Origin: Mobula hypostoma
Lineage: Eukaryota
Direction of reading: 5' to 3'
NCBI RefSeq assembly: GCF_963921235.1
Contig: NC_086121.1
Span: 23,312,001-23,376,000, forward strand
Length of the DNA stretch: 64,000 nucleotides
Part shown: positions 1 to 12,803 of the stretch, in pieces
Position numbering within the stretch: the stretch's first letter is position 1
Layout of the letters: every line of letters begins with the position of its first letter
The notes under the pieces: generated by a model
Told to the model about the DNA's origin: nothing
Seen by the model: only the letters and a program-made list of their open reading frames with translations
Database searches by the model: none
Translations under genes and position numbers: made by a program

Positions 1-164
1 GGCTCTCATTCTCATTCATTAATATTTGTTTCCTTTGTGTTTTTTGTTATTCTTTTCATAAAATCTTTTTCCTTCAGGCACAGTTAGTACTCCTACTTGG
101 ACTTGAGGTGCTTTGCCATCATAACAACTGTACTTTTTTTAAACACCTAGTCATTAATGTTTGA

Positions 165-1380
165 ACATAGAATAGTACAGGCCCTTTGGCCCACATTGTT
201 GTGCCGTCCCTCAAACCCTGCCTCCCATATAACCCCCCACCTTAAATTCCTTTACTCTTTGGAGAGAAGGAGGATGAGAGGAGACATGATAGAGGTATAC
301 AAAATATTAAGAGGAATAGATAGAGTGGATAGCCAGCGCCTCTTCCCCAGGGCACCACTGCTCAATACAAGAGGACATGGCTTTAAGGTAAGTGGTGGGA
401 AGTTCAAAGGGGATATTAGAGAACGGTTTTTTACTCAGAGAGTGGTTGGTGCGTGCCGTGTGCGGGTCAGTGGGACTAGGCAGAAAATGGTTCGGCTCAG
501 CCAAGAAGGGCCAAAAGGCCTGTTTCTGTGCTGTAGTTTCTATGGTTCTATGGTTCTACCCGTCTAGTAGTCTCTTAAATTTTACTAGTGAATCTGCCTC
601 CACCACTGACTCAGGCAGGGTATTCCACGCACCAACCACTCTCTGAGTAAAAAACCGTCCTCTAATATCCCCTTTGAACTTCCCACCACTTACCTTAAAG
701 CCATGTCCTCTTGTATTGAGCAGTGGTGCCCTGGGGAAGAGGCGCTGGCTATCCACTCTATCTATTCCTCTTAATATCTTGTATACCTCTATCATGTCTC
801 CTCTCATCCTCCTTCTCTCCAAAGAGTAAAGCCCTAGCTCCCTTAATCTCTGTTCATAATCCATACTCTCTAAACCTGGCAGCATCCTGGTAAATCTCCT
901 CTGTACCCTTTCCAATGCTTCCACATCCTTCCTATAGTGAGGCGACCAGAACTGGACACAGTACTCCAAGTGTGGCCTAACCAGAGTTTTATACAGCTGC
1001 ATCATTACCTCGCGACTTTTAAACTCTATCCCTCGACTTATGAAAGCTAACATCCCATAAGCTTTCTTAACTACCCTATCTACCTGTGAGGCAACTTTCA
1101 GGGATCTGTGGACATGTATCCCCAGATCCTTCTGCTCCTCCCCACTACCAAGTATCCTGCCATTTACTTTGTACTCTGCCTTGGAGTTTGTCCTTCCGAA
1201 GTGTACCACCTCACACTTCTCCGGGTTGAACTCCATCTGCCAATTCTCAGCCCACTTCTGCATCCTATCAATGTCTCTCTGCAATCTTCGACAGTCCTCT
1301 ACACTGTCTACAACACCACTAACCTTTGTGTCATCCGCAAACTTGCCAACCCACCCTTCTACCCCCACATCCAGGTCGTT
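165..1380 (-). mobile_element. CR1-clade LINE 3' portion (ORF2 RT C-terminus, open 556-1368) with internal inverted duplication
   Basis: The translation KFADDTK...WQMEFNPEKCEVVHFG...LVRPHLEYCVQFWSP...GHGFK...FFTQRVV matches CR1 ORF2. Bases 251-455 are a + strand copy of about 625-830. A 3' UTR lies at 165-250. Confidence 0.93.
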
Positions 1381-2225
1381 AATAAAAATGCTTTGATTTC
1401 AGCAGACCAAGCCCAGCCACTTCCTGCAATAACATCCTGTGTATTTGACAGGATAAGGATTTCCTTTAGTCTTGTAGTATATAATACATGTACAAATTTT
1501 TCTTTTAAGGTTCTCCTGAAGATGCTGATTCCTGTTCGGGAGTGTGTTTGATTGGCAGCACCCTCTTTCCCTTACCTCAATCAACTGGTCATTCTCTAGG
1601 TAGATAGAAAGATAGATATTCTATTGATCCCAAAGGAAATTACAGTGTCACAGTAGCATTACAATTGCACAGACATAAATATTAGAAGAGAAGTAGAAAG
1701 AGTAAAAAATGTAAGTTACCACAAACAGTCTAACAGGAGGGTTTCATCACTTTTCCAGCTATAGGTTGACTCATTATAGAACTTAATGGCCAAGGGTAAA
1801 AATGGAGCAGTGTAGTTGTCTATGTGTGACCTTGACCTTCACCCTGCAGTTGGGATGGAAGCATTTCGATCAAGGGGCAGATGCCTAGACTGATCCTTTC
1901 CCAAGTGGTTAAGTGCATACAGAGTCTAGCTGGTTAGGAATGAGATCCCAGGTAGATTTATTTGTCACTTTTCAGCTGGGGTGCCCAGGGCTATTGCTTT
2001 GGCACAACTGATATGTCAACTAGATCAATTAAAGTCTCACATCGTAATGACCCACCAAATAACTGAAATAGCTGTATTTTCTTTGGTTTTAATTAGAGGA
2101 TTGTGTTCCTTTATATCCACTTATATAAAGCGACTACCAGAAAAGTTTCCATCTTTTTCCACTTTTCTCATTTCAATTAAGTTTAAGATGGGGGAGAAAA
2201 GTAAATATAATATCTGACAAGTAGG

Positions 2226-2424
2226 GTGGTATTTGATTTCCATCCCTCCCCCTCCTGTCTTCTCCTATCATTTTGGATCTCCCCCTCCCACTTTCAAATC
2301 TCTTACTAACTCTTCCTTCAGTTAGTCCTGACGAAGGGTCTCGGCCTGAAACGTCGGCTGTACTTCTTCCTAGAGATGCTGCCTGGCCTGCTGCGTTCAC
2401 CAGCAACTTTGATGTGTGTTGCTG
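2226..2424 (+). mobile_element. Penelope-like element 3' end (pLTR fragment)
   Basis: Near-identical to the reverse complement of the 3' end of the long PLE at about 60140-60340. Confidence 0.85.
2324..2359 (+). ncRNA. Minimal type I hammerhead ribozyme (PLE-borne), intact core
   Basis: agtc-CTGACGA-agg gtctcgg cct-GAAA-c-GTC^ggct; stem I agtc/ggct with one G-U pair. Confidence 0.8.
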
Positions 2425-3049
2425 TTATTTGATGATTTAGTTTCAGTTCTGCCTAAATTATGTTACAAAATTCTACTAAATCTGAATTCACATGAATTCC
2501 AATTAAGATTACCAAGGCGACACACATATAAAAACGGTGCTTCTAATATCTCACTCTTTACATTTATTTATTTGTGGGCCGTAGAGCATCGTAGCAGGGA
2601 TAATGTTGACTATGATCAAGATGATATCATGCAAAGAATTTCCTGCTGGACTTTTAAGCAAATATCATTTCAGATTTTGTTGGGTATAGGGGAATGTTGG
2701 TGCAGTTTAAAATATTAAAAGCATTGAACAACATAGATAAGAAGAAACCGTTTCTTCCTGTGGGAGAAGCAAGAAACAGAGGATATAATATCAATATTAG
2801 AACAAACATTTTCCATAAAAGCAAGTAGAAAGTTTAAAAACCCTGCTCTGAAAGTTTGGGACATTTGGAGTTTTGTGCTAGATAATTTTTTTATTAAGCA
2901 AACTCTGCATGTTTCATGGTTGTTATGGAGATGGACAAGGATAGATCAGAAGTTGAGGTCCTAAATTGGAGGGAGGGTGATTTCAATTTGATAAGATCAG
3001 AACCGACAAAGGAGGATGGGAAGCAGGTAATTCTATATAAAAGCCAAGG

Positions 3050-4900
3050 GAGTCATTCAAAAGTGAAATGATAAGTAATCAGGGCCAACGTGCTCTTGGG
3101 TGAAAGGTCAACATCTTCAAGAAACATTGGATGGCAAGGAATATTGAAGATTTAATTAGCAAAAGTAATCTATAACAGTCTAGGCCTGTAAACAGAGAGA
3201 CCTTAAGGGGGTTATAGAAGATGCGGAACATTACTTAAAATATAAGTAACTGGGAGCACAAAGTCAGGCCACAAAATAGCACAAGCGAGCAAAATTATGG
3301 ATAATCGCCAAATATTATACAACTATATTTGGTTCAAGAAGGCAACAAAGGAAAGAATAGGGCCCTTAAGGGACAAAAGTGTCACATTACAAGGAGCCAG
3401 AGGATGTAGGTAAGGTCTTAAGTGAAAGCTTCTCATCTGTATTCATCATGGAGAAGGAGGCAATTATAGATGGAGAATTCGTGGGGATAGTGGATTTCTA
3501 AAATAAATTACTAATATAAAGGAAGAGGTATTTGATGTTTTATTGTGTTTATAGGTAGATAACTCCCAAGAGCTTCATGAGATGTACCTCATGATACAAG
3601 ATATGTGAAAAAGACTGATGGGGCCATGACAGAAATTTGCAAATCTTCTCTAGCCAAAGAAGAGGAGCAAATGAATAGCAGAAATCAAAGTGTAGCTTAT
3701 TTATTCAAAAAGGACAGCAGAAAAAAAGGCAAGGTAATTACAACACTATGAATATAATGTCAGTAATAAAAATATTTATAAAAATTGTGAGATACGATTA
3801 ATCAAGCTGTATTAGCGAGTTAAGGGTAAATCAAGGAAGTTAGCACCACTTTGTGGGGGGGCTTTGCTGATTAACTTGACTGAATTTTTTAATGAGGATG
3901 TTGTATTTGATGTTTCTTACATGGACTTCAGAAAGGCCTTTGACAAGCTCTCACGTGGATACAGATCTGAAAGGTCGGAGTCCATGGGATTGGCAGAATA
4001 GAGATTGGCAGAATAGAGATTGGTTTGGTGCTGGAGAGGTCTAGGGTTGTTTTTATAACTGAAAACCCATACCAGTAGTGTACTGCACTGGGACTCTTCT
4101 TGTTTATCACGTACATTAATGAGTAGGAGTTATGGTTATAAGTTTAGAAATGGAATGAAGATTGGAGTTGTTGTTGACAATGAGGAGATTAAGCTTAAGC
4201 TGCAAGATGATATTGTTATGTCTGTAAAATTGGCAAAGAAAGTATGTTTTGCAAGGATTAGTTAGGTTAAGATATACAAAATGAATGGTAGCACCCTAGG
4301 AAGTACTGAGGAACAGAAGAACCTTAGTACACATAAACAAGGATTCCAAAGGCAGAACCACAGATAGTTAAGAAGCCAACTGATATACTTGACTTCATTA
4401 GCCTGTATATAGCATGTAAGAGCAGGAAGATCATGGTATAGAGCATTAGTTAAGAGTAATGTGTGCATTTTTGGTTACCACACTATAGGAGGGATGAGAT
4501 CGCACTGGAGAGGGTGGCAAGGAGATTGACCAGGATGTTGCTTGGGGTGGAACATTTGTGCTATGAGAGGAGACCGGACAGCCTAAATTTATTTTCCACG
4601 AGGCAGAGAAGGCTGCGGCTGGAAGCACTTGTCTGAGGTATACAAAATTATGAGGGGCATGCATTGAGCAGATAGCGAGAATCAATTCCCCTTAGCAGAA
4701 GTGAACCTCTGGTAAAAGTTACGAGCTTTGAAAGGGATTTGAAGAAGAATCTGTAATGCACTACCTAAGAGAGGAAGAGACTAAAACTATTTAAGAAGTA
4801 TTTACACCAGCCCATGATATACAGGGCTATAGGGTTGGGTACTGGTAAATGAAGTTAGTACACATTGGTGGGCCAAGGGACCTGTTTCATGCTGTATAAT
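3050..4900 (+). mobile_element. Old, degenerate CR1 LINE ORF2 relic
   Basis: Remnant CR1 motifs (MDFRKAFDK at about 3920, GSTEEQKNL, MRGMH-ADS) with many stops, and a CR1-like 3' tail near 4870-4900. Boundaries approximate. Confidence 0.7.
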
Positions 4901-6258
4901 GTGGTGACTATCAAGGCAGAGGCAGGAAACAGAACTGATACCTACATCAGCGGCAATCTAATTAAACAATAGAACAGCCCCAAGGAATTGAACAATCTCT
5001 CCTGGATCTAATGTTCCTGTGTTTCTTAGCTGAAATAAATAAAGGAGAAAATTAAATGTTCTCATTTATCACACTCAGTAATACGATCTCCTCATAACAA
5101 GGACAACACAGTTAGTAGCGTTGCTCCCTCACAGCTTCAATTTTGATCTCCAGCACTGTGTGTGCAGGGGTTACACGTTTTCCTTGTGACTGTATGGGTT
5201 TCCTCCCTTATCCTCAATATGTGTAGGTTGGTTGCACTGGAAATTGCCCCTAGTGTTTTTGGGAGGGGCAGAATATGGAGAGGTTTTATGCAAAAATGGG
5301 GAGAATAAAATGGGATGTTTAGGATGTAAATGGGTGCTCAGTTGTTGATATGAACTTGGATTTTCCAATGCTTTTCTTTTATTCTCTATGGCTCATTAGA
5401 AGTAATGAAATTGTGCATTGGGAGGAAGAAGTTATGTAGAAAGGGTGGGAAAAGGTTTATGGATGAGTCAGCCAACTATCTTTTTTGAGTGCTGTAAACT
5501 TTGTGTAATTGCCCGCAAAGAAACAAGATAGATTTAATATTCCTACCTTGGCTGCTGTCTTCTTGTTCCTTTAATGTATGCCCTGACCAAATGATGACAG
5601 ATATTCTTCCCTCACTTTTACATGGACTAGAAGAAAATTAATTTGCACAAAACTGAAATCAAAGAAAAAGATATTTTCAACCTTTGTCTACATTTCTTTA
5701 ACTAAGATTAGATATATATTTGTTTATTGTACAGATGCGAACTTCAACAGTTTTGCAGACAGCTGAAAACAGCCATTGTGGGCGATAGATTCTCTGTGTG
5801 TTTGAAGATCAACAGATCTTTGAAGTGAGTACTAGTGGACTTGTTCTGCATACATAGTCAAGAGGGAGGATGGTATCGTACGGTGGGCTCCAAACTTGCA
5901 GTAATTCAATGAACTGCTGGTAGCCTCATTGCAAAGGCAGGAAACAGGATTTGTAGTGCAGGTATAATATTGTATGTTTTTTTGATTTGTATTTCCTATA
6001 AGATTTCCTGGTAACCTTTTGAAAGTTTATTATTGCATATTTAACATTCCAGAGTAACCATCTGTTACACATTTTCAGTAAATTAGTCATTGTGATTGAT
6101 CCTTCTCTATTTACATATAGATCCCTTCCTCCATTATGAAGTGTGAGCTTCCTCCTTAATTAGAAATCCCACTAACTCAGAGAATTTAACACAGGTTAGC
6201 AGAAATCAAGTCTTGCAGATGAAAAAGGATCTAATGCTTTCCCAGCGCATACAAAGAA

Positions 6259-6384
6259 TAAACTCTTCTCAGGCTTCCAGCTGGGTACAGGTATCACTTT
6301 TAACCTACATTTCGAAGACAAACTTGTTATCGAAACATCAGTTAAAATCATACCTGTACCTGGATGGAATCCAAGAAGAGTTTA
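6259..6384. mobile_element. Fold-back (palindromic) remnant of a second PLE-like 3' end family
   Basis: The two arms of about 60 bp are reverse complements (taaactcttc...gaagagttta). The right arm is homologous to 47165-47228. Confidence 0.6.
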
Positions 6385-6483
6385 AAAGACTGGCATATCT
6401 TCCAATATATTTAAGAAATGGTTCAGCTTACTTAAATCATCTAAAAATATGCTGCTAACAGATATTAAAGAGTGGCATTTAAA

Positions 6484-6670
6484 AACGTAAACAACAGGAA
6501 TTCTGCAGATGCTGGAAGTTCAAGCAACACACATCAAAGTTGCTGGTGAATGCAGCAGGCCAGGCAGTATCTCTAGGAAGAGGTACAGTCGATGTTTCGG
6601 GCCGAGACCCTTCGTCAGGACTAACTGAAGGAAGAGCTAGTAAGAGATTTGAAAGCGGGAGGGAGAGTGA
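6484..6670 (-). mobile_element. PLE 3' end fragment
   Basis: Same sequence as 60113-60290. Confidence 0.85.
6587..6622 (-). ncRNA. Minimal type I hammerhead ribozyme, intact core (AUC triplet)
   Basis: Minus strand reads agtc-CTGACGA-a-ggg tctcgg ccc-GAAA-c-ATC^gact. Confidence 0.75.
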
Positions 6671-7129
6671 CATGCTTGTTGTTATATCTTCTGTATGACC
6701 AACATGTACTTTACCCCATTGCTACCCAAAATCAGATGTGAATAATCTACCTTTTGCTTAAGAATTGCCACTAAGACACCATACAACAGGTTTACAAGTA
6801 TCCATAAAACTCAAGATAAATGTAAAGCTTTTGAATAGCTAGTGATAATGCACTGAGCTCTGTTGTTGGGATATGTCGTGTTTTAATCAGTGATTTTTTT
6901 TATTGTCACATGTATTGACGTACAGTGAAAACTTGTCTCGCATACCATTCATGCAGATCAATTCGCCACACAGTACACTGAAGTAGCACAAGGTAAAACA
7001 GTAACAGGGTGCAGACTAAGGCGCCACAGTTAAGATTAGCTTTGTTTGTCACACACACCGAAACATCAGAACATTCAATTACAGAGAGCGTGTGGAGCAG
7101 GTAGACTATAAGGTGCAAGGTTTGATGGG

Positions 7130-7450
7130 ACAGCACAGTAGCATAGCAGTTAATGCAATGCTGTAAAGCGCCAGTGATTAGGGTTTAATTCCCACCACTG
7201 TCTGTAAGGAGTTTGCATGTTCTCCTTATGATCGTGTGGGTTTCCTCCAGGTGCTCTGGTTTCCTCCCACATTCCAAAGATGTATGGATTGGCGTTAGTA
7301 AATAGCCGGCGTGCTATGTTGGTGCTGGAAGCACGGCGACACTTTGAGGGCTACCCCCAGCACATCCTTGGACTCTGTTGGCCATTGACTCAACTGACAC
7401 ATTTCACTGTAGGTTTTGATGTTTCAATGTAGACAGGGCAAATAAAGCTA
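7130..7450 (+). mobile_element. tRNA-derived V-SINE-like element
   Basis: tRNA-like head, then the central block gtaaggagtttgcatgttctcc...gtgggtttcctccaggtgctctggtttcctcccac, which recurs about 10 times in the window. Confidence 0.7.
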
Positions 7451-9832
7451 ATCTTTATAACAAGGTAGGTTATGAAGTCATACTGGAAATCAGAACAATG
7501 TTCCCTGGCAACAGATCCAAAATCAATATCAATAAAAACATTTTCGCATTGAAAGTGGTTTGGCAGGCAGGGTGAGTACAAATTTGAAAGTATTCCGCTG
7601 AAGGAAGTTGGATGAAGAAAAACAATTAAGGAATTAAGCATAAATTGCGGGGAAACGGAATGTATCTGGGGGATCACAGTAATACCGCTAGTAGAGCTGC
7701 TGCCTCACAGTTCCATTCCAACGAATGTTGCACACTCTCCATATAACTACATGTTTTGTCCAGGTACTCTAGTCTCCTTCTACACCCCGAAGACATGCGA
7801 GTCAGTAGATTAACTGTCCACTGCAAATTGATCCTAGTGCGTAGGTCAGTGGAGGAATCTGAAGTGTTAATGGGAACATGGGGAGAATGAAATTAGATTT
7901 GTGAAAGCATAAGCATGTTATCATGGGGACCAGGGCTTGTTCCTTGCTCTATAACTGTATGATTTTATTTGTGCTGATAAGAGCTGGTGCAGACTCAGTG
8001 AGCAAGTAGTTGACTTCTAGGCAGTATTATTCTGTAAATTTATTATGTACACAACACAGTACACTGAGCTCAGAAGTTGTGCAACTGGACTAATGACCCA
8101 GAAGTCTGGACTAATGGTTCACAGATATATCAATGTCATCATGGTAGCAGGGAAATGCTTTTTCAAAAATCTGGAATAGGAATCCAGCTACTATGAAACT
8201 TTTAAGTTTTTCACATGACACTGTAACTCTGGATCCACAGCAATCCATGGCCCTCCAATGGACGATCAAGTTGGAGGATTAGCTCCGGGTAATAAATGTT
8301 GCTGCTGAAGATTTAAAGAAGTACAGGATCTGTTATCAACAGATTGGTGATAGACCAGAATATGCCTCCTCTCTACAGTGTTTCAGGGTCCTACTACTGC
8401 CCATAGTTTCAACCTGATGCAGATACTCTGACTGGTTACTCAAGCATCTCGTTTCTTAGCCTTTCTCTCAGGTCAGTGAGATATGTCCCATGAAGAAATG
8501 ATTAACCAGTGCTCATGGGAGATAAAGGTGAATTAAGCGGCTCTGTCTATATTCATTATTCTCCACTTATTTAGATTGAGATCTCAGGCAGATCTTCAGA
8601 AGTTGATTGCAATGGTGTTAAGAACATACGAAAGGATATTACTGCTGATTTTGAGCTTTACTGGATATGCATTTCCAAACTGATTAATACAGCGGAGCTT
8701 GATAAAAGTAGTTAATGCAGGTTACCAGATTGCTCCTGTGGAAGAAGAATGGCACTGCAAAGGGATGCATCCATATACCACAGCTTAATTAAAATTGAAA
8801 AAGGGTTGGATTGCACAAAATTCCCACAAAGCGTATTGCCACAAGATGAAAGGAAATCCAGAGGTGAAACGTAGAGCGTAATTCCCAGCTCGTTGTCAAA
8901 ATTCCCATTTTGTGCTGTTTCCTGTTGACCTACTTAAAATGGTAGGAGAACATGATGGAAGAGTGATATTCATTATGCCCCATGTATTCAAGTCTTGGGA
9001 ATACTTAGGAAGGAAGAATAACAGGAGACAATATACTCTAATTACAGTGTGAAGAGGGTCCAGGAACAGACGTGCATCCTTGAAGGTGGAAGAGCATGCT
9101 AACGGAAAGGTTGGTAAAGCAGGGATTGAAAACAGAGCACAGAGAATTAAAGCATGGAGGTTCTGAACCCATAGGTAGCATTGAGTTGTCATCACTGGAG
9201 TAGTGTTGCCACACTTTAAGAAGAATGCGCAGCTTTAAAACAGGGTGCTAAAAATTTATAAGAACATTTCCAGGGTTTGCATGACTAGAATGGAGAAGCT
9301 CACCTGAGAACAAAATAAAACCGATAACTGCAGTGATGGGAGATGTGCAGGATTATGCCTGGTTTAAATAAGACTGCTGTTCCATTCGGTTGCTTGAGGA
9401 CTAAGGGAGACAAATTTAATACTTTGGTTAAAAGAGAAGGGAAAATGTGTGGAAAAACATTTGTTTCTCTGGGAAGGTTTGTGACTCACTGCCTGCAAGA
9501 GTAGTGGAAGCAGAATAAATCCACAAATTCATAGAAGTAGGTAGACACTTGAGAGAGCTAATATGCTGAAATAACCATTGTGGAAAGAGTTTTAAAAATT
9601 CACAGCCCCAACCAATAAGGGATAAAGACTTTCATAATAGGCAGCTCTTTGATTTTTAAATAGTGATCCCTAGGTTTGGATTCGCCCACGAGGAAGCATC
9701 TTCTCCACATCTACCCTGTTAAGACCCAAGACTTTGTATAGTTTAGTCAAATCACCCCTCATTCTTCTAAATTCTAAAGGATACTAGCTTTATCTGTTAA
9801 ATCCTTCCTTGTAAGGCAACTTGTCCATTCTG

Positions 9833-10761
9833 CACTCAGTGACCATTTTATTAGGTACATTTGTACACCTGTACGTGAGTACAAATATCTAATCAGCCGA
9901 TCATGAGGCACAGCTCAATGCATAAAAGCATGCAGACATGGCCAAGAGGGTCAGTTGTTGTTCAGACTAAACATCAGAATGTGGGAAAAAAATGTGATCT
10001 AAGAGACTTTGACCATGAAATAATTGTTGGTGCCTGACAGGGTGGTTTAAATATCTCAACATTTGCTGGGATTATCATGCACAACAGTTTCTAGAGTTTA
10101 CAGAGAATGGTGTGAAAAAATTTTAAAAAGCATTCCGTGAGTGGCATTTCTGTGGGAAAAACTGTCTCTTTAATGACAGAGGTCCGAATGAGAGAATCAA
10201 CAAACTCATTCATAAGGCCAGTGATGTTTTGGGGATGGAACCGGACTCTCTCACGGTGGTGTCTGAAAAGAGGATGCTGTCTAAGTTGCATGTCATCTTG
10301 GTCAATGTCTCCCATCCACTACATAATGTACTGGGTGGGCACAGGAGTACATTCAGCCAGAGACTCATTCCACCGAGATGTAGCACTGAGCGTCACAGGA
10401 AGTCATTCCTGCCTGTGGCCATCAAACTTTACAACTCCTCCCTTGGAGGGTCAGACACCCTGAGCCAATAGGCCGGTCCTGGACTTATTTCATAGTTTAC
10501 TGGCATGATTTACATATTACTATTTAACTATTTATGGTTCTATTATTATTTATGCTGCAACTGTAACAAAAACCAATTTCCCCCAGGAACAATAAAGTAT
10601 GACTATGACTATGTTAGAACAGCAGTGTGCAGAAGTGCATCTCTGAAAGTACAACATGTCGAATCTTGAAGTAGATGAGCTACTGCTGCAGAGGACCATA
10701 AACATACACTCAGTGACTAGTTTATTAGTACAGAAGTACCTAATAAAGTGGCCACTGAGTG
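9833..10761 (+). mobile_element. Tc1-family DNA transposon deletion derivative
   Basis: Terminal inverted repeats cactcagtgaccattttattaggtac / gtacctaataaagtggccactgagtg followed by TA. Interrupted by a Rex/Babar insert. Confidence 0.7.
10175..10613 (+). mobile_element. Rex1/Babar-type LINE 3' fragment nested in the Tc1 element
   Basis: Translation RINKLIHKASDVLGMEPDSLTVVSEKRML...SHPLH...TERHRKSFLPVAIKLYNSS, then an aataaa+(gactat)n tail. Confidence 0.8.
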
Positions 10762-11860
10762 TAAGTATCCATCTATTATGCACTGAATTACTTTGAGCGA
10801 TATTTTATATTTTTGCTTAAGTATGGAGATGAACACTGTACACAAATTTCAGATGTGGTCTCAACAATGCTCCATCAAACTGAACTAGAACCTCTCAACT
10901 TTAGTATTCAATTCCTCTCACAATAACAATAAACCCTGTTTGCTTTCTTAATTGCTTGCTGTGCCTGCACACTAGGCTCTAGTGAATCGTGTGCTAGGGC
11001 ACTTTGATCCCCCTATGTCGCAGAGTTCTGCAACTTCATCACTGAGATAAAATATTTCCTTTATTTTCCTGTCAAGCTGAAGAATTTCATATTTCCCACA
11101 TTTATATTCCATTTGCAAGATTTTATCTAAATCCCTATGTAGCTTCTTAATGTTTCCTACCAGCCCTTGTGTCATGAGCAAAGCATAGCTTTATTGCCTT
11201 TGTCCCAAGCCAGTAACAGAAATTGTAAAAGTAGAGGTGAGGAGGGGTAATGAGATAATAGGACTGCTTTCCTTCGAGATGGTATAGATTTGACTGACTG
11301 AATAGCAAGCATTTGCAATTGACAGTTCTACTCTACAAAAGGACTGCCAACTGAGCAGAGGTGGGTGAAATGCAATTGGAAGAGATAATTGATTGATAGA
11401 TACCAAGTTAGTAAAAGGAGGAACAAGAGAGAAAACAGGAAAATTAACTCTCATTAATGATGAGGATTATGGAAATACCAGCAGTGTTTGAATGGCACAA
11501 GTGCCGATCTGGGCTCCATTTTCATCTTCAAGAACGCATGGGCTACAATAGTGCGGTGACTGACTTACTAGTCTCAATCAAGATAAGGGCTTCAATTCTA
11601 ATTCAATAAATCTGGGTTTTAATGGATAATATGAAACCACCACAGTGTCACTCCTGTTCTTACTTGGCCAAGGTGTGACCCCAGGCCTACGAACTAACTC
11701 TTCACTACCCTCTCATTTCAGGGTGGGCATTAAATACTAACTACATCCACATACCATAAAATGGTTCTCAAGTTATAGCACTTAGCCATGCCAATTTATT
11801 TATCATGTTTAATCTGTTGCAGGTGCTGATCTCAAGAACTAAGGGTCTAAAAGCGAACTG

Positions 11861-12793
11861 ATGGAGTTTAGAACTTCAGGCCAGCTAATCGTTTATGGTA
11901 TTCTGGTGTTTCTGGGGATTTTAGGCAATGTACTGGTGTTGGTGACAATACTAGCCACATCGATGGAAAATCATGGCCTCGCCGCTTCCGACATCATTCT
12001 AGCAAACTTTGCAGCTGTCAACCTACTGATTTCAACTTTTCGCAACATCCTGCTGTTTATCACAGAGTCCGGAGTGAAAATTTCTCTGAACCTCAAGTGG
12101 TGTAGGGTGTTCATGTTCCTCTGGTTGTGGCTGAAGTGTGCTAGTGTTTGGATCACTTTATGTCTCAGTCGCTTCCACTTTATGAAGATAAAACAACATT
12201 TCCATCTGAGCTCAAAGACAAAGGAGATCGTCTACGTGGTGATAATATTATCGGCGGTGTGGTTTGTTAATTGTCTCTATTCTATCCCAGCTATTATATA
12301 CACTGAGAAGGTTGGTGCGAATCACACCAAGAAGCTAATGCTGGTTAGCACCACAGAGGAACCTTTTCTTACTTGTTCCTGGAAATTCCCAAATCCACAG
12401 CATGGTATCATATTTGCAGCAGTCTCTCTCATCCTGCATGAATTCCTGCCTATTGTCTTAATGATCTGCACCAATCTCAGCACTGTTTATTATCTCAACC
12501 AACACATCAGCGCAATTGCAAATGACCACCTCCACAGTGTGCAGGTGGAACGAACAGCGGCAAAGTTAATTATGGCACTGGTGTCACTTTTCGTCCTGTG
12601 TTCGGGCACCCATTTGGTGGCGGCGTTTTACTACAATCACAACGCGGGCTCGGCCACCACCTTTTTGTTGACTTTGGCCAACTACTGTGCCTCGGTTTTC
12701 ATAGGTTTCAGTCCCTTAATGCTGGCTGCGGGGCTCAGTAAACTGCGAAATAAAGTTTGCAGCGCGTTACGCATTAACATTTCATCGAGTTAA
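11861..12793 (+). CDS. V1R/ORA-family 7TM chemoreceptor, ORA4-like (ORA3/4 clade), intronless, 310 aa
   Basis: Seven hydrophobic segments. Motifs LGILGN, SDIILANFAAVNLL...FR, WCRVFMFLWLW, WITLCLS-FH, C-W-FP, HEFLPIVLM-TN, ERTAAK and FSP, as recalled for fish ORA4. A candidate 5'UTR acceptor ends at 11822. Confidence 0.9.
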   Translation: MEFRTSGQLIVYGILVFLGILGNVLVLVTILATSMENHGLAASDIILANFAAVNLLISTFRNILLFITESGVKISLNLKWCRVFMFLWLWLKCASVWITLCLSRFHFMKIKQHFHLSSKTKEIVYVVIILSAVWFVNCLYSIPAIIYTEKVGANHTKKLMLVSTTEEPFLTCSWKFPNPQHGIIFAAVSLILHEFLPIVLMICTNLSTVYYLNQHISAIANDHLHSVQVERTAAKLIMALVSLFVLCSGTHLVAAFYYNHNAGSATTFLLTLANYCASVFIGFSPLMLAAGLSKLRNKVCSALRINISSS

Positions 12794-12803
12794 ACGTTTT
12801 CAA

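Noticed and set aside
2173-2406. Recurrent small ORFs such as MLVNAAGQAAS... and DAAWPAAF...
   Set aside because: These are translations of the non-coding PLE pLTR tail, not a gene family.
8470-8940. Possible decayed ORA partner on the minus strand (YPVKLKISSNILSYVLN...IDRAA loosely like TM5-TM6)
   Set aside because: Similarity is limited to a few residues amid many stops, with no TM1-3 motifs. It cannot be distinguished from chance without a profile search.
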